A stretch of 64,000 nucleotides of DNA from Planctomycetota bacterium (GTDB lineage: Bacteria; Planctomycetota; UBA1135; UBA2386): positions 13,896 through 77,895 of the forward strand of contig JADLFX010000003.1 of NCBI GenBank assembly GCA_020849665.1. The letters run 5' to 3'. The notes beneath the pieces are model-generated. The model was not told the DNA's origin. It saw only the letters and a list, made by a program, of their open reading frames with translations, and searched no databases. Of the stretch, positions 44,118 through 53,050 are shown piece by piece. A program made the position numbers and the translations under genes. How positions within the stretch are numbered: position 1 is the first letter of the stretch; the number at the start of each line of letters is the position of its first letter.

Positions 44118-44954
44118 ATGCCCCTAGACCGCCACCAGCTCGCCGCGCTGCTCGTCGCGCGCCTGCATCGCGACCGGGCCGCGCTGACCAGCGGGTTCCG
44201 GGGGAGCGCGCCCGTGCGGCACTTCGTGCTCGACGGCGTCCTGCCGGAGCGGTGGCTGCGCGAGCTCGCGGCCCGCTTTCCCGCGCCCGGCGAGCTGCGC
44301 CTGCTCGACACGCTGCGCGAACGCAAGCGGATCGGCGTCGACGTCGAGCGCTACCACCCGGAGATCGGCGCCCTCCTCTACGCGTTCCAGGATCGCGAGG
44401 TGGTGGCCGCGGTGGAATCGATCACGGGACTGCGCGGGCTCGAGCCCGATCCCACGCTCTACGCGTCGGGCATCTCGGTGATGGGCGAGGGCGACTTCCT
44501 CAATCCGCATCTCGACAACAGCCACGACGGGGACCAGCGGCTCTACCGCGTACTCAACCTGCTCTTCTACGTCGGCCCGGACTACGACCCGGCGCAGGGC
44601 GGCAACCTCGAGCTGTGGGCCGCGGACCGGCGCCAGCCGTACACGGTGCCTTCGCTCTTCAACCGCCTCGTGGTGATGGAGACCGGTCCGCGGAGCTGGC
44701 ACTCGGTCAGCCCGCTGCGCGGCCTGCGGCCCCGCCTCTGCGTCTCCAACTACTACTTCGCCGCCGCATCGGTCGGCGGCGCCGCGTACCGCCACGTGAC
44801 CACGTACGCGGGACGGCCCGAGGAGCCGGTCAAGAAGGTCCTGCTCGGTGCCGACGCCGTGCTGCGCAACGCGCTGGGCCGCGCCTTCCCGGGCCTGCTG
44901 CGGCGCACGCGCCACCGCCGCGCCGCGCCGCCGCGGGAGCAGGGCGCGCCGTGA
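44118..44954 (+). CDS. 2-oxoglutarate/Fe(II)-dependent oxygenase (prolyl-4-hydroxylase-like fold)
   Basis: 278 aa. HxD in FLNPHLDNSHD. Distal His in GPRSWHSVSPL. GGNLELW also fits the family. Confidence 0.75.
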   Translation: MPLDRHQLAALLVARLHRDRAALTSGFRGSAPVRHFVLDGVLPERWLRELAARFPAPGELRLLDTLRERKRIGVDVERYHPEIGALLYAFQDREVVAAVESITGLRGLEPDPTLYASGISVMGEGDFLNPHLDNSHDGDQRLYRVLNLLFYVGPDYDPAQGGNLELWAADRRQPYTVPSLFNRLVVMETGPRSWHSVSPLRGLRPRLCVSNYYFAAASVGGAAYRHVTTYAGRPEEPVKKVLLGADAVLRNALGRAFPGLLRRTRHRRAAPPREQGAP

Positions 44955-45997
44955 CGCCGGACGCGCCGCGCGTGGCCGTCGTGGTCCTGAACTGGAACGG
45001 CCTCGCCCACACCCGCGCCTGCCTCGCGTCGCTCGCCCGCCAGGCCTGGCAGGATCTGGAGGTGCACGTGGTGGACAACGCCTCGGCCAACGGCGAGGCC
45101 GATGCGCTGGCCGCGGAGTTCGGCGGCAGGGTGCGCCTGCACCGCGCCGAGCGCAACCTCGGATTCACCGGCGGCTGCAACCTCGCGCTGCGCGTCGTGC
45201 TGGCCGAGGGGCGCTGCCGCTACGTGGCGCTGCTCAACAACGATGCCGAGGCCGAGCCGGAGTGGGTGGCCGCCCTGGTCGCCAGCGCGGAGGCCGACCC
45301 GCGCATCGGTCTCGTGGCCAGCCGGATGGTGTTCCACGCCGATCCGACGCGGATCGAGAACGCGGGCGTGCACGTGCTGTCCAACGGCGACAACGCGCCG
45401 CGCGGCCGCCACGCCCCGGCCGAGCGCTTCGCCGCTCCCGCGGAGCTCGTGGCCGCGTGCGGCGGCGCGCTGCTGGCACGGGTGGCGACCCTGCAGGAGG
45501 TCGGGCTCCTGCGCGAGGACTTCTTTGCCAACTTCGAGGACGTCGACCTCTCGCTGCGCACGGCCGTGGCCGGCTGGCGGATCGTCTACGCCCCCGCGGC
45601 GATCGTGCGCCATCACCTCAACGCCAGCATCGTGAAGGTGCGTGACCTCGGCTTCGACGTGCGCTCGGTGCGCAACGCCACGTGGGCGTTCTTCGTGAAC
45701 GCGCCGGCGCCGGTGATCGCGCTCAACCTGCCCTGGTTCGTGCTCTGCAACCTGGCGATCCTCGCGGTGATGCCGTTGCTCGGACGCACGGACGTGGCAC
45801 GGGCCTTCTGGCGCGGGCGCCTGCAGGCGTGGCGCGAGCGCGACGCGATCCGCGCCGAGCGCGCGCGGCTCCAGCCGTTGCGGCGCGCCTCGTGGCTGGG
45901 TCTGTGGTGGCGCGAGCGCTCGTACCTGGTCGAGTACCTGCGCATCCTGCTCCTGCGCCTGCGCGGGCAGCGCACGCGCATCCTCGCGCGCGCGTGA
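44951..45997 (+). CDS. Glycosyltransferase family 2 (rhamnosyltransferase-like), paralog A
   Basis: The GTG at 44951 overlaps the upstream TGA (GTGA). Motifs: VAVVVLNWNGLAHTRACLASL, VVDNASANGEADAL, NLGFTGGCNLA, LLNNDAEAEPEW, ANFEDVDLSLR. Tail of track ORF 43913..45997. Confidence 0.85.
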   Translation: MTPDAPRVAVVVLNWNGLAHTRACLASLARQAWQDLEVHVVDNASANGEADALAAEFGGRVRLHRAERNLGFTGGCNLALRVVLAEGRCRYVALLNNDAEAEPEWVAALVASAEADPRIGLVASRMVFHADPTRIENAGVHVLSNGDNAPRGRHAPAERFAAPAELVAACGGALLARVATLQEVGLLREDFFANFEDVDLSLRTAVAGWRIVYAPAAIVRHHLNASIVKVRDLGFDVRSVRNATWAFFVNAPAPVIALNLPWFVLCNLAILAVMPLLGRTDVARAFWRGRLQAWRERDAIRAERARLQPLRRASWLGLWWRERSYLVEYLRILLLRLRGQRTRILARA

Positions 45998-46083
45998 GCT
46001 GGAGACTCGCGAGCGTGCGGCGCTGCGTTGCCCGTGCCGGGGCGCGCGGCTAGGGTCGGGCCGGTACCCCGACGGAGCCTCAT

Positions 46084-46893
46084 ATGTCCGAGCCGAAGTC
46101 TGCCCAGGAACCCATGCGCGTGTTCGTCGGCACCGACGAGTCGCAGATGGTCGCCACGAAGGTGCTCGAGTACTCGATCCGCCGCCACGCCTCGGCGCCG
46201 GTCGAGGTCGTGCCGATGCGCGACCTGCCGATCCCCGTGCCCGCGGATCCAGCCAACCGCCCGCGCACCGGCTTCTCGCTGTTCCGCTTCGTGATCCCCG
46301 AACTGGCCGGATACCGCGGCCGCGCGCTCTATCTGGACGCCGACATGCACGTGTTCACGGACATCGCCGAGCTGTGGCGGATCCCGTTCGGCGAGGACCT
46401 CGTGCTGTGCACCTGCCAGCCGGAGCCGCCGCCGGCGTGGCGGCACCATGCGTTCTTCCGCCCGGGGCGGCAGTTCAGCGTGATGCTCCTCGACTGCGAC
46501 CGCCTGGACTGGGACATCGCGAAGATCGTGGCGAACCTGGATGCCGGCGCGTTCACCTACCCGCAGCTGCTCTTCGAGATGTGCGTGGTCCCGGACGGAC
46601 GGGTCGGCGACCGGATCCCGCGCGAGTGGAACTGCCTCGAGCACTACGACCTGGGTCGCACCAAGCTGCTGCACTACACGGTGGTGCCCACGCAGCCGTG
46701 GAAGAACGACCAGAACCCGCTGCGCTACGTCTGGGAGCGGGAGTTCGAAGACGCCGTGGCCGCGGGCGCGGTGCCCGAGGAGCTGGTGCAGGAGGGGGTG
46801 GCCAAGGGCCACCTGAAGCGTTCGCTGCTGGACGCGTTCTTGCGCCGCCCCAGGACTCAGAGCGCCTCGCTGGCCGGCACGGCCTCGGCGTAG
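46084..46893 (+). CDS. Glycosyltransferase family 8-like, paralog A
   Basis: 269 aa. A GGAG RBS precedes the ATG. Motifs: MRVFVGTDESQMVATKVLEYSIRRH, ALYLDADMHVF (DxD), LLHYTVVPTQPW. Confidence 0.8.
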   Translation: MSEPKSAQEPMRVFVGTDESQMVATKVLEYSIRRHASAPVEVVPMRDLPIPVPADPANRPRTGFSLFRFVIPELAGYRGRALYLDADMHVFTDIAELWRIPFGEDLVLCTCQPEPPPAWRHHAFFRPGRQFSVMLLDCDRLDWDIAKIVANLDAGAFTYPQLLFEMCVVPDGRVGDRIPREWNCLEHYDLGRTKLLHYTVVPTQPWKNDQNPLRYVWEREFEDAVAAGAVPEELVQEGVAKGHLKRSLLDAFLRRPRTQSASLAGTASA

Positions 46894-48950
46894 TTCGACG
46901 CGGTGCGGGCGAGGGCCGGGCTGAAGTAGGGGTCCTGCTCGAGCACTGCGCCCCAGCGCGCGCGCATCGCCGCGCGTTCCTGCTCGAAGCGCTCCTGGCC
47001 GCGGCGGTCGCGGCCGCGGCTGATCGACTCGTAGTGCCAGAGCGTGGCGCGGGGCGTGTACACCACGCGCAGCCCGCGCGCGCGCACGCGCAGGCAGTAG
47101 TCGACGTCGTTGAACGCGACTGCGAAGGTCTCGTCCATCCCGCCTAGCTCCAGCCACAACTCGCGCCGGGTGAGCAGGCAGGCGCCGGTGACGGCGCTGA
47201 CCTCGCGCGTGCTGTGCGCGAGGCCGTGGTAGCCGGGGTGCGCGAACGCGAAGCGCTTGTGCGCGTGGCCGGCCACGCCCCCGAAGCCGAGCACGACGCC
47301 GGCATGCTGGATGGTGCCGTCGGCGTACCGCAGGCGCGCGCCCACGGCGCCCACGTCTTGCAGCTCGGCCAGGGCCACCATCTCGTCCAGCCAATGGGGA
47401 TCGACGACCTCCGTGTCGTTGTTGAGCAGGAGCACCAGTGGGGTGCGCGCGGCGCGGACCGCCGCGTTGTTGAGCGCGGCGAAGTGGAAGGGCCGCTCGT
47501 CGCGCAACACCCGCACGCGCGGATCCGTGCGCCAGCGGGCGAGGAGCGCGTGGGTCTCCGGCTCCACGCTGCCGTTGTCGACGATCAGGAGCTCGAGTCC
47601 GGGATAGCGCGTGCGCCGCAGGATGCTCGCGATGCAGGGCCCGAGGAGCCCGGGGCGGTCGCGTGTGGGCACGATCACGGTCACGCCCGGGGTGCCGCGC
47701 GGGCGCAGGTACAGCTCCTGGCCAGGAAAGCCGCGGGCCTCGCGCACGGATCCCTGCAGCCCGAACCCCGCCAGCGCGGCGGCGACGGCGGCCCGGCGCG
47801 CCCGGGGGTCGTCGTGCTCCACGCCGCCGCGGTGGTGCAGGAGCTCGGGCAGGTGCAGGATCCGGCGCGCGCGGGGCGCCACGCGCAGCGCAAGGTCGTA
47901 CTCCCAGGCCGCACCCGCGGCGCGGTTCGGTCCGCCGGCGGCGAGCAGCAGCTCGCGCCGCCAGAGCGCGAACCGCAAGGCGTACGGCTGGCTGAGGAAG
48001 AGCAGCGGCGACCAGTCCGGCTTGCGGTACGCCCCGGCCAGCCGGCCGGGGCCCACGAACTCGTCCTCGTCGGTGTAGACGGCGTCGGCGTCCGGAGCGG
48101 CGAGCAGCGCCGCGATCGCGCGCAGCACCGCGGCCGGGTGCAGCCGGTCGCCGGGCGGCACGAACCCGAGCCAGACGGCGGACTCGCCTGCCAGCGCCGC
48201 GCCGGCCGCCGCGGCGAGCTCGGCCGGAGTCCGGCCGCTCACGGCGCGGAGCGCGAGCGGCGCGTAGGCCTGCTCGCGCAGGGCGGCCAGGGTGTTCTCG
48301 GCCGCGTCCTCCTCGCCCGGCAGGACCGGCACCAGCAGCGTCGCCGCGGGTCGCTCCGGCAACCCCGCCAGCTCGCGGGCGAACGCCGCGCGTTCGCCGG
48401 TGGTGAGGTCCCGCAGGAGCCGGGTCGGTTCCTGCGCGAGCCGGGCGGGAGGGAAGCGTGGTTCGGTGCGGCCCAGGCGCGCGAGCGCCCGCCAGTCGGC
48501 GGGCAGGCCGCGCAGGAGTGCCAGCGCGGTGGCCCGACCGGGCAGGGGCAGGAGCGAGCCGAGCACGAGGCGCAGGCGGCCCGCCACGAAGTGCGGCAGG
48601 CGCGGCGCCGCGGCCGGAGCGATGGTCACGCGCGCCGCAGGCGAGACGACCACGCGGCCGTCGCGGTCGACGGCCCGCACGCGCAGCTGCACCGTGCGGC
48701 CGCGGCACCCGGCGAGCTCCAGCTCGCCCGCGAAGCCGCGCGCCAGCTCCGGCGCGCAGCGCAGGTCGCGCGCCACGTCGCCGCGCTCCTGGTCCAGCGC
48801 CAGCGGCATCCGCGCATCGCCGTCCACCAGCAGCACCGCCTCGCGGGGCGGCGCCGGCAAGGCCACCCAGCCGCGCAGCTCCACGCGCACCGCCTGGGAG
48901 TAGAACGCGTCGGCGGGCAGCTCGAGCCTGGCCTTGGCCGGCGTGTCCAC
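46857..48950 (-). CDS. Large two-region glycosyltransferase (N-terminal roughly 400 aa of unclear or degenerate GT nature plus a C-terminal GT2 domain)
   Basis: 697 aa. The C-terminal GT2 region has VTVIVPTRDRPGLLGPCIASI, LLIVDNGSVEPET, LLLNNDTEVVDPHWL and AFNDVDYCLR. Confidence 0.85.
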   Translation of the reverse strand: MDTPAKARLELPADAFYSQAVRVELRGWVALPAPPREAVLLVDGDARMPLALDQERGDVARDLRCAPELARGFAGELELAGCRGRTVQLRVRAVDRDGRVVVSPAARVTIAPAAAPRLPHFVAGRLRLVLGSLLPLPGRATALALLRGLPADWRALARLGRTEPRFPPARLAQEPTRLLRDLTTGERAAFARELAGLPERPAATLLVPVLPGEEDAAENTLAALREQAYAPLALRAVSGRTPAELAAAAGAALAGESAVWLGFVPPGDRLHPAAVLRAIAALLAAPDADAVYTDEDEFVGPGRLAGAYRKPDWSPLLFLSQPYALRFALWRRELLLAAGGPNRAAGAAWEYDLALRVAPRARRILHLPELLHHRGGVEHDDPRARRAAVAAALAGFGLQGSVREARGFPGQELYLRPRGTPGVTVIVPTRDRPGLLGPCIASILRRTRYPGLELLIVDNGSVEPETHALLARWRTDPRVRVLRDERPFHFAALNNAAVRAARTPLVLLLNNDTEVVDPHWLDEMVALAELQDVGAVGARLRYADGTIQHAGVVLGFGGVAGHAHKRFAFAHPGYHGLAHSTREVSAVTGACLLTRRELWLELGGMDETFAVAFNDVDYCLRVRARGLRVVYTPRATLWHYESISRGRDRRGQERFEQERAAMRARWGAVLEQDPYFSPALARTASNYAEAVPASEAL

Positions 48951-48963
48951 CGTCGCCGCCGGC

Positions 48964-50454
48964 TCAGCCCCGGCTCCGGTCGGACACGCGGCCGGCGAAG
49001 AGGCCGCGCACCGCGCCGCCGAGCCGCTGGCCCCACGAACGGCGCGGCGGCTGTGGGCTCAGCACCGTCGCCGGGCCCGCGGCCTGCTCGGGGACCGCGT
49101 CGAGGAGCGCGCGCTTGAGCCATCCCTTGCGCACGCCCTCGTCGACCTCGGCGAACGGCACCGCGCCCGCGGCGACCGCCTCGCGGTAGCACTCCATCCA
49201 GATCGGCGCGAGCCGGTTCTTGTCGTTGCGCCAGGGCTGGGTGTCGACCACCGTGTAGTGCAGCAGCCTGGTGCGGCCCGGCTCGAAGTGCTCCAGGCAG
49301 TTCCACTCCGGCGGCAGGTCGTCGCCGATCTCCTCGGGGCGCACCAGGCAGAGGTCGAAGAGCAGCTCCTCGTAGCCGTAGCGTCCCTCGTCGAGGCCGG
49401 CCACCACGTCCTCGATGCGCCAGGGCAGGCGCCCGCAGTCGAGCATCATCACGCTCATCTGGCGGCCGGGCTGGAAGTTCACGCGCGGGTTGCGCCAGGC
49501 CGGCGGCGGCTCCTTCTGGTAGGTGCAGAGCACCTTGCGTGCGCCGAAGGGGATCCGCCACAGCTCCTCCAGGTCGGTGAACACCTGCATGTCGGAGTCG
49601 ACGTAGAGCGCACGGCCCTGGTGGCCGCAGAGCCCGGGGATCAGGAAGCGGCTGAACGAGAAGCCGGTGCGTGGCCGGTTGCGCGGCTCCTTCGGCATCG
49701 GCACCGGCACGTCGACCATCGGCGTGACCTGCACCGGCATCGGGGTGTGCTTGCGGATCGAGTACTCCAGCACGCGGGCCGGCACGATCTGCGTGGCGTC
49801 GGCGCCCACGAACACGCGCATCGGCGCGACCAGCGGCGCGTAGTCGATCGCGAACTCCTTGGTGATCCGGTCCAGCTCGGCGAACTGCAGATCGAAGCTC
49901 GGCTGGCCGTTGGCCAGGCGCGTGACGCCCGAGAGGTCCTGGAAGCTGCTGCTGTACCGCGTGCCGCCGTCCACGCCCAGCGAGCGGACGGTCTTCACGC
50001 CCATCGTGCCGAGCAGGTGCAGCGCGGCCTCGGACGAGAAGTAGCGGGCGCAGAGCACCGAGCGCGCGCCCACCATCGGCGAGTTCTTGCTGTTGCGCAG
50101 GTTGTACCAGACCAGGCGGCCCTGCCGGTCCAGTTCGCGCAGCGCCGGGATGCGGTCGAAGAAGCTCTCCAACGGCTGCTGCGTGTCCGGCTTGCAGTGC
50201 ACGTGCGGGTGGCGCGGCATCACCAGGACGCGGCAGTGGCTGAGCAGCACGTCGGCACACGCCTCGGCCACGTCGATGTCGATCATGTGCGCGATGGCGA
50301 CCGGCAGCTCGCGCACCACGTGGTTGAGCGAGAGCAGGTTGTAGGCCCCCAGGTCGAACTCGCCGCGCTTCGCGAACGTCGGGCCCTTGCCCAGCAGCAG
50401 CCAGGGCCGGTCCGGGAACGAGGCCGTGCGCAGCCAGTCGCTCAGCTCCAACAT
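48964..50454 (-). CDS. Two-domain protein: N-terminal roughly 230-aa domain (possibly sialyl/MAF-type transferase-like) fused to GT8-like paralog B
   Basis: Internal ATG of track ORF 48964..51138: MLELSDWLRTASFPDRPWLLLGKGPTFAKRGEFDLGAYNLLSLNHV... The C-terminal half (MRVFVGADATQIVPARVLEYSIRKH, ALYVDSDMQVF, LLHYTVVDTQPW) is clearly paralogous to 46084..46893. Confidence 0.75.
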   Translation of the reverse strand: MLELSDWLRTASFPDRPWLLLGKGPTFAKRGEFDLGAYNLLSLNHVVRELPVAIAHMIDIDVAEACADVLLSHCRVLVMPRHPHVHCKPDTQQPLESFFDRIPALRELDRQGRLVWYNLRNSKNSPMVGARSVLCARYFSSEAALHLLGTMGVKTVRSLGVDGGTRYSSSFQDLSGVTRLANGQPSFDLQFAELDRITKEFAIDYAPLVAPMRVFVGADATQIVPARVLEYSIRKHTPMPVQVTPMVDVPVPMPKEPRNRPRTGFSFSRFLIPGLCGHQGRALYVDSDMQVFTDLEELWRIPFGARKVLCTYQKEPPPAWRNPRVNFQPGRQMSVMMLDCGRLPWRIEDVVAGLDEGRYGYEELLFDLCLVRPEEIGDDLPPEWNCLEHFEPGRTRLLHYTVVDTQPWRNDKNRLAPIWMECYREAVAAGAVPFAEVDEGVRKGWLKRALLDAVPEQAAGPATVLSPQPPRRSWGQRLGGAVRGLFAGRVSDRSRG

Positions 50455-50473
50455 GCGTGCACTCTTACCATTT

Positions 50474-51259
50474 CTAGCCCCGCCAACCCATGCGGCGGTG
50501 CTGCTCGGCCCGCGCCAGCCATTGCGGGTGGGCGAAGACGGTGAACGGCTCGCGGCCGACCTCGCGCAGCCCGAGTCCCAGGGTCTGCACGCGCTTGCTG
50601 GTGCCGATCTCGGCGGCGATCGCCTCGCCGTAGTTCCGCCCCACGGGGAAACCGCCCATGGCCACGAGCACGCTGCGGCGGGCGAAGAGCGCCAGCGTCT
50701 GGAGGTGATCGCCCTTGGCGCCCGGGTCGATGCCGTGCGCGCGCAGGTAGTGCAGGTAGCACGCGATCCGCTCGGCCGCCCGTCCCTCGATCTCGTGTCC
50801 GGGGAGGGAATGTCCGGCGAAGCGCCGCGCCAGCTCGTCCCAGGGCGCGTTCCAGGGCGGGCTGAGCCGCTCGCCCACGAGACCCACGCCGGGCTGCTCG
50901 GCCGCGCGCACGAAGGGCGACAGCCACGGGGTCGCGCGCACCACGCACTCGTCCTGGAGGAAGAGGTAGGCGTCGCGCGGCGGGTCCATGCGCCAGCCGT
51001 GTTCCCAGGCGCCGATGTTGAATCCGACGTTCTCGCGCACCGCGACCGTGATCCCTGCAGGCAGGTCGAGGGCGACGGGCGTGGCGAGCGCCGGGTCGTG
51101 GTTGACCACCACGCGCAGCTCGAAGGGCGCGCCCGCATCGCCGGACAGGAGGCCGCGCACCAGGGCCTGCAGAGGGGCCGCGGGCCGGGCGTCGTAGTAC
51201 GAGACCACGACCGCGATCGGGCCCCGGATCGGGCCCTCCTGGCGGGCGTCCTCTGCCAT
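50474..51259 (-). CDS. Probable glycosyltransferase (GT2-like fold)
   Basis: Internal ATG of track ORF 50474..51520: MAEDARQEGPIRGPIAVVVSYYDARPAAPLQALVRGL..., with VRENVGFNIGAWEHGW and YLFLQDECVV. Confidence 0.6.
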   Translation of the reverse strand: MAEDARQEGPIRGPIAVVVSYYDARPAAPLQALVRGLLSGDAGAPFELRVVVNHDPALATPVALDLPAGITVAVRENVGFNIGAWEHGWRMDPPRDAYLFLQDECVVRATPWLSPFVRAAEQPGVGLVGERLSPPWNAPWDELARRFAGHSLPGHEIEGRAAERIACYLHYLRAHGIDPGAKGDHLQTLALFARRSVLVAMGGFPVGRNYGEAIAAEIGTSKRVQTLGLGLREVGREPFTVFAHPQWLARAEQHRRMGWRG

Positions 51260-51326
51260 CCGCACGACTATCGCCCCCTCCCGCCTCCCGTGCAAAAGCG
51301 CAAGCCCGTCCGTAGCATCGCCCGGG

Positions 51327-52334
51327 ATGGTGCGCCCGGTGTTCTTCGTCGTCGAACTGGACCGCGTCGCGGGCGGCGGCGGGGACGAGCCATGCGCGCG
51401 CCTCAACGAACGGATGCTCCAACTCGCCGGCGCCAGCGAAGCCGTGCCGCCGCTCTGGCTGGCCGACGCATGGTGGCGCGACGCGCGCTTCGAACCGCTG
51501 CGCCACGAGGCCCGGGGCATCCTGGAGGCGCCGTGCGGCGCCAGCGGCGGCCCGCATGTGATGGCGGATCCGCGCCTCGCCTACACCCTGCCCCTGTGGC
51601 TGGAGGCGGCTGGCGAAGCCGCGAACTGCGTGGTCGTGCACGGCCCGCCCGACGCGGAGCTGGCGCCGGAGGCCTTCGCGGCGCGGGCCGCGGCGGCGCT
51701 GCGGGCCACGGCCTCCCGGCCCGGCCTCGTGGTGGATCGCGCCCGGCTGCGCAGCGACCGCGGCGAACGCCAGCGGGTCCTGGAGTGGCTGCGCGGGCGC
51801 GACCCCTGGGAGGGATGGCCAGCCTGCCTCGAGCGTTGGAGTGCCGCGCCGGAGACGCACCCCGGCCGGCCGCTCACCCCCGCGCAGGCCGAGCTGGGTG
51901 CCGCGCTCGCGGCCGCGGCGCCCGCAGGCGCCGTCCTCGCCGCGGAACGCGCCGTCGTGGCGGCCCGCCTCGCGCTCGAACGGGCGATCCTCGATGCCGG
52001 CTTCGCGCGCCAGGAGCTGCTGGGCCGGGCACGGGCCGCGACCGAGGCCGCCGAACGGGAACTCGGCGAGCTGCAGCGGCGCCGCGGCGAGTACGAGGCG
52101 CAGCTGGCGGTCGCGGCCCAGGCCGTGGACGAGCTGCGCGCGCGGCTGCGCAGCGAGCTGGGCCGGTGGTTCACCCTGGACGACTTCGGCGACCGGATCG
52201 AGAGCATCCGCGAGCGCCTGCAGCACGTCGACGCGGTGCGCGGTTCCTGGACCTTCCGCCTGGCGATGGTGCTCGGCTGGCCGCTGCGCTTCCTGGACCG
52301 GGTGCTGCGGCGCGGGCGCGGAGCCCGTCCGTGA
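51327..52334 (+). CDS. Hypothetical protein with a C-terminal coiled-coil segment
   Basis: 335 aa. The Ala/Glu/Arg/Leu heptad-like stretch is AAERAVVAARLALERAILDAGFARQELLGRARAATEAAERELGELQRRRGEYEAQLAVAAQAVDELRARLRSELG. Its stop overlaps the next start (GTGA). Support for coding comes only from composition and operon context. Confidence 0.55.
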   Translation: MVRPVFFVVELDRVAGGGGDEPCARLNERMLQLAGASEAVPPLWLADAWWRDARFEPLRHEARGILEAPCGASGGPHVMADPRLAYTLPLWLEAAGEAANCVVVHGPPDAELAPEAFAARAAAALRATASRPGLVVDRARLRSDRGERQRVLEWLRGRDPWEGWPACLERWSAAPETHPGRPLTPAQAELGAALAAAAPAGAVLAAERAVVAARLALERAILDAGFARQELLGRARAATEAAERELGELQRRRGEYEAQLAVAAQAVDELRARLRSELGRWFTLDDFGDRIESIRERLQHVDAVRGSWTFRLAMVLGWPLRFLDRVLRRGRGARP

Positions 52335-53050
52335 GCGCACCCGGCAGCGGCGGTGACGCCCCGGATGCGAAGCGCAGGTCCCCGGCCGCGTCGGCGACCC
52401 AGCCCGGGATGGTCGACTTCGACAAGTACCGGCGCTTCGGGGCCTACCACTGGAAGCTGGTCGAGACCATGCCGGATTACCGGCAGCGCGTGGCGACGGT
52501 GTGCGGCTACATCCGCCCGGGCATGCGCTGCCTCGACCTGGGCTGCGGCGACGGCACGTACATCTACTACGTGGCCCAGCACGGCGGCCGGGTCACCGGC
52601 GTGGACGGAGACGCAGACGGGATCCGCTGCGCAGGCGAGGAGCTGCGCCGTCGCGACGTGCCGGGATTCCGCCTCGTGCACGCGACGTTCCGCAACCTCG
52701 GCGAGCACCTGCGCGGCGAGGAGGGCCGCTTCGACTTCGTGTACTCGATGGACTGCATCGAGCACCTCGTCGATCCCGCGGAGCTCCTCGACGTGGTGGA
52801 GCGCTTCACCGCGCGGCGCGGCACCTTCCTGATCGGTACGCCGCTCTTCCTGGGGCCCGAGCTGGTGTCGGAGTACCACGTCAAGGAGTACACCCGGGAG
52901 GAACTCGACGCGCTGCTGGACGCGCGCTTCAGGAAGCTCGGCGACCACCTCCTCGACGCTCCGGTGCCCGGACAGAAGCAGCTGGTGCCGCGCTTCTACT
53001 GCTACCACGGCCGCCGCCGCGTGCCGTGGTGGCGGTTCTGGGGCCGCTAG
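52331..53050 (+). CDS. Class I SAM-dependent methyltransferase
   Basis: Tail of track ORF 50387..53050. Motif I reads RCLDLGCGDGTYIYYVAQHGGRVTGVD, followed by FDFVYSMDCIEHL. The start is GTG 52331 (coupled) or ATG 52409. Confidence 0.8.
   Translation: MSAPGSGGDAPDAKRRSPAASATQPGMVDFDKYRRFGAYHWKLVETMPDYRQRVATVCGYIRPGMRCLDLGCGDGTYIYYVAQHGGRVTGVDGDADGIRCAGEELRRRDVPGFRLVHATFRNLGEHLRGEEGRFDFVYSMDCIEHLVDPAELLDVVERFTARRGTFLIGTPLFLGPELVSEYHVKEYTREELDALLDARFRKLGDHLLDAPVPGQKQLVPRFYCYHGRRRVPWWRFWGR

Noticed and set aside
53047-53050. Convergent methyltransferase and wzt genes sharing overlapping stop codons in the palindrome CTAG
   Set aside because: It is real in the sequence, but it is most likely a trivial consequence of tight packing. 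It is mentioned only as context in the Wzt finding.
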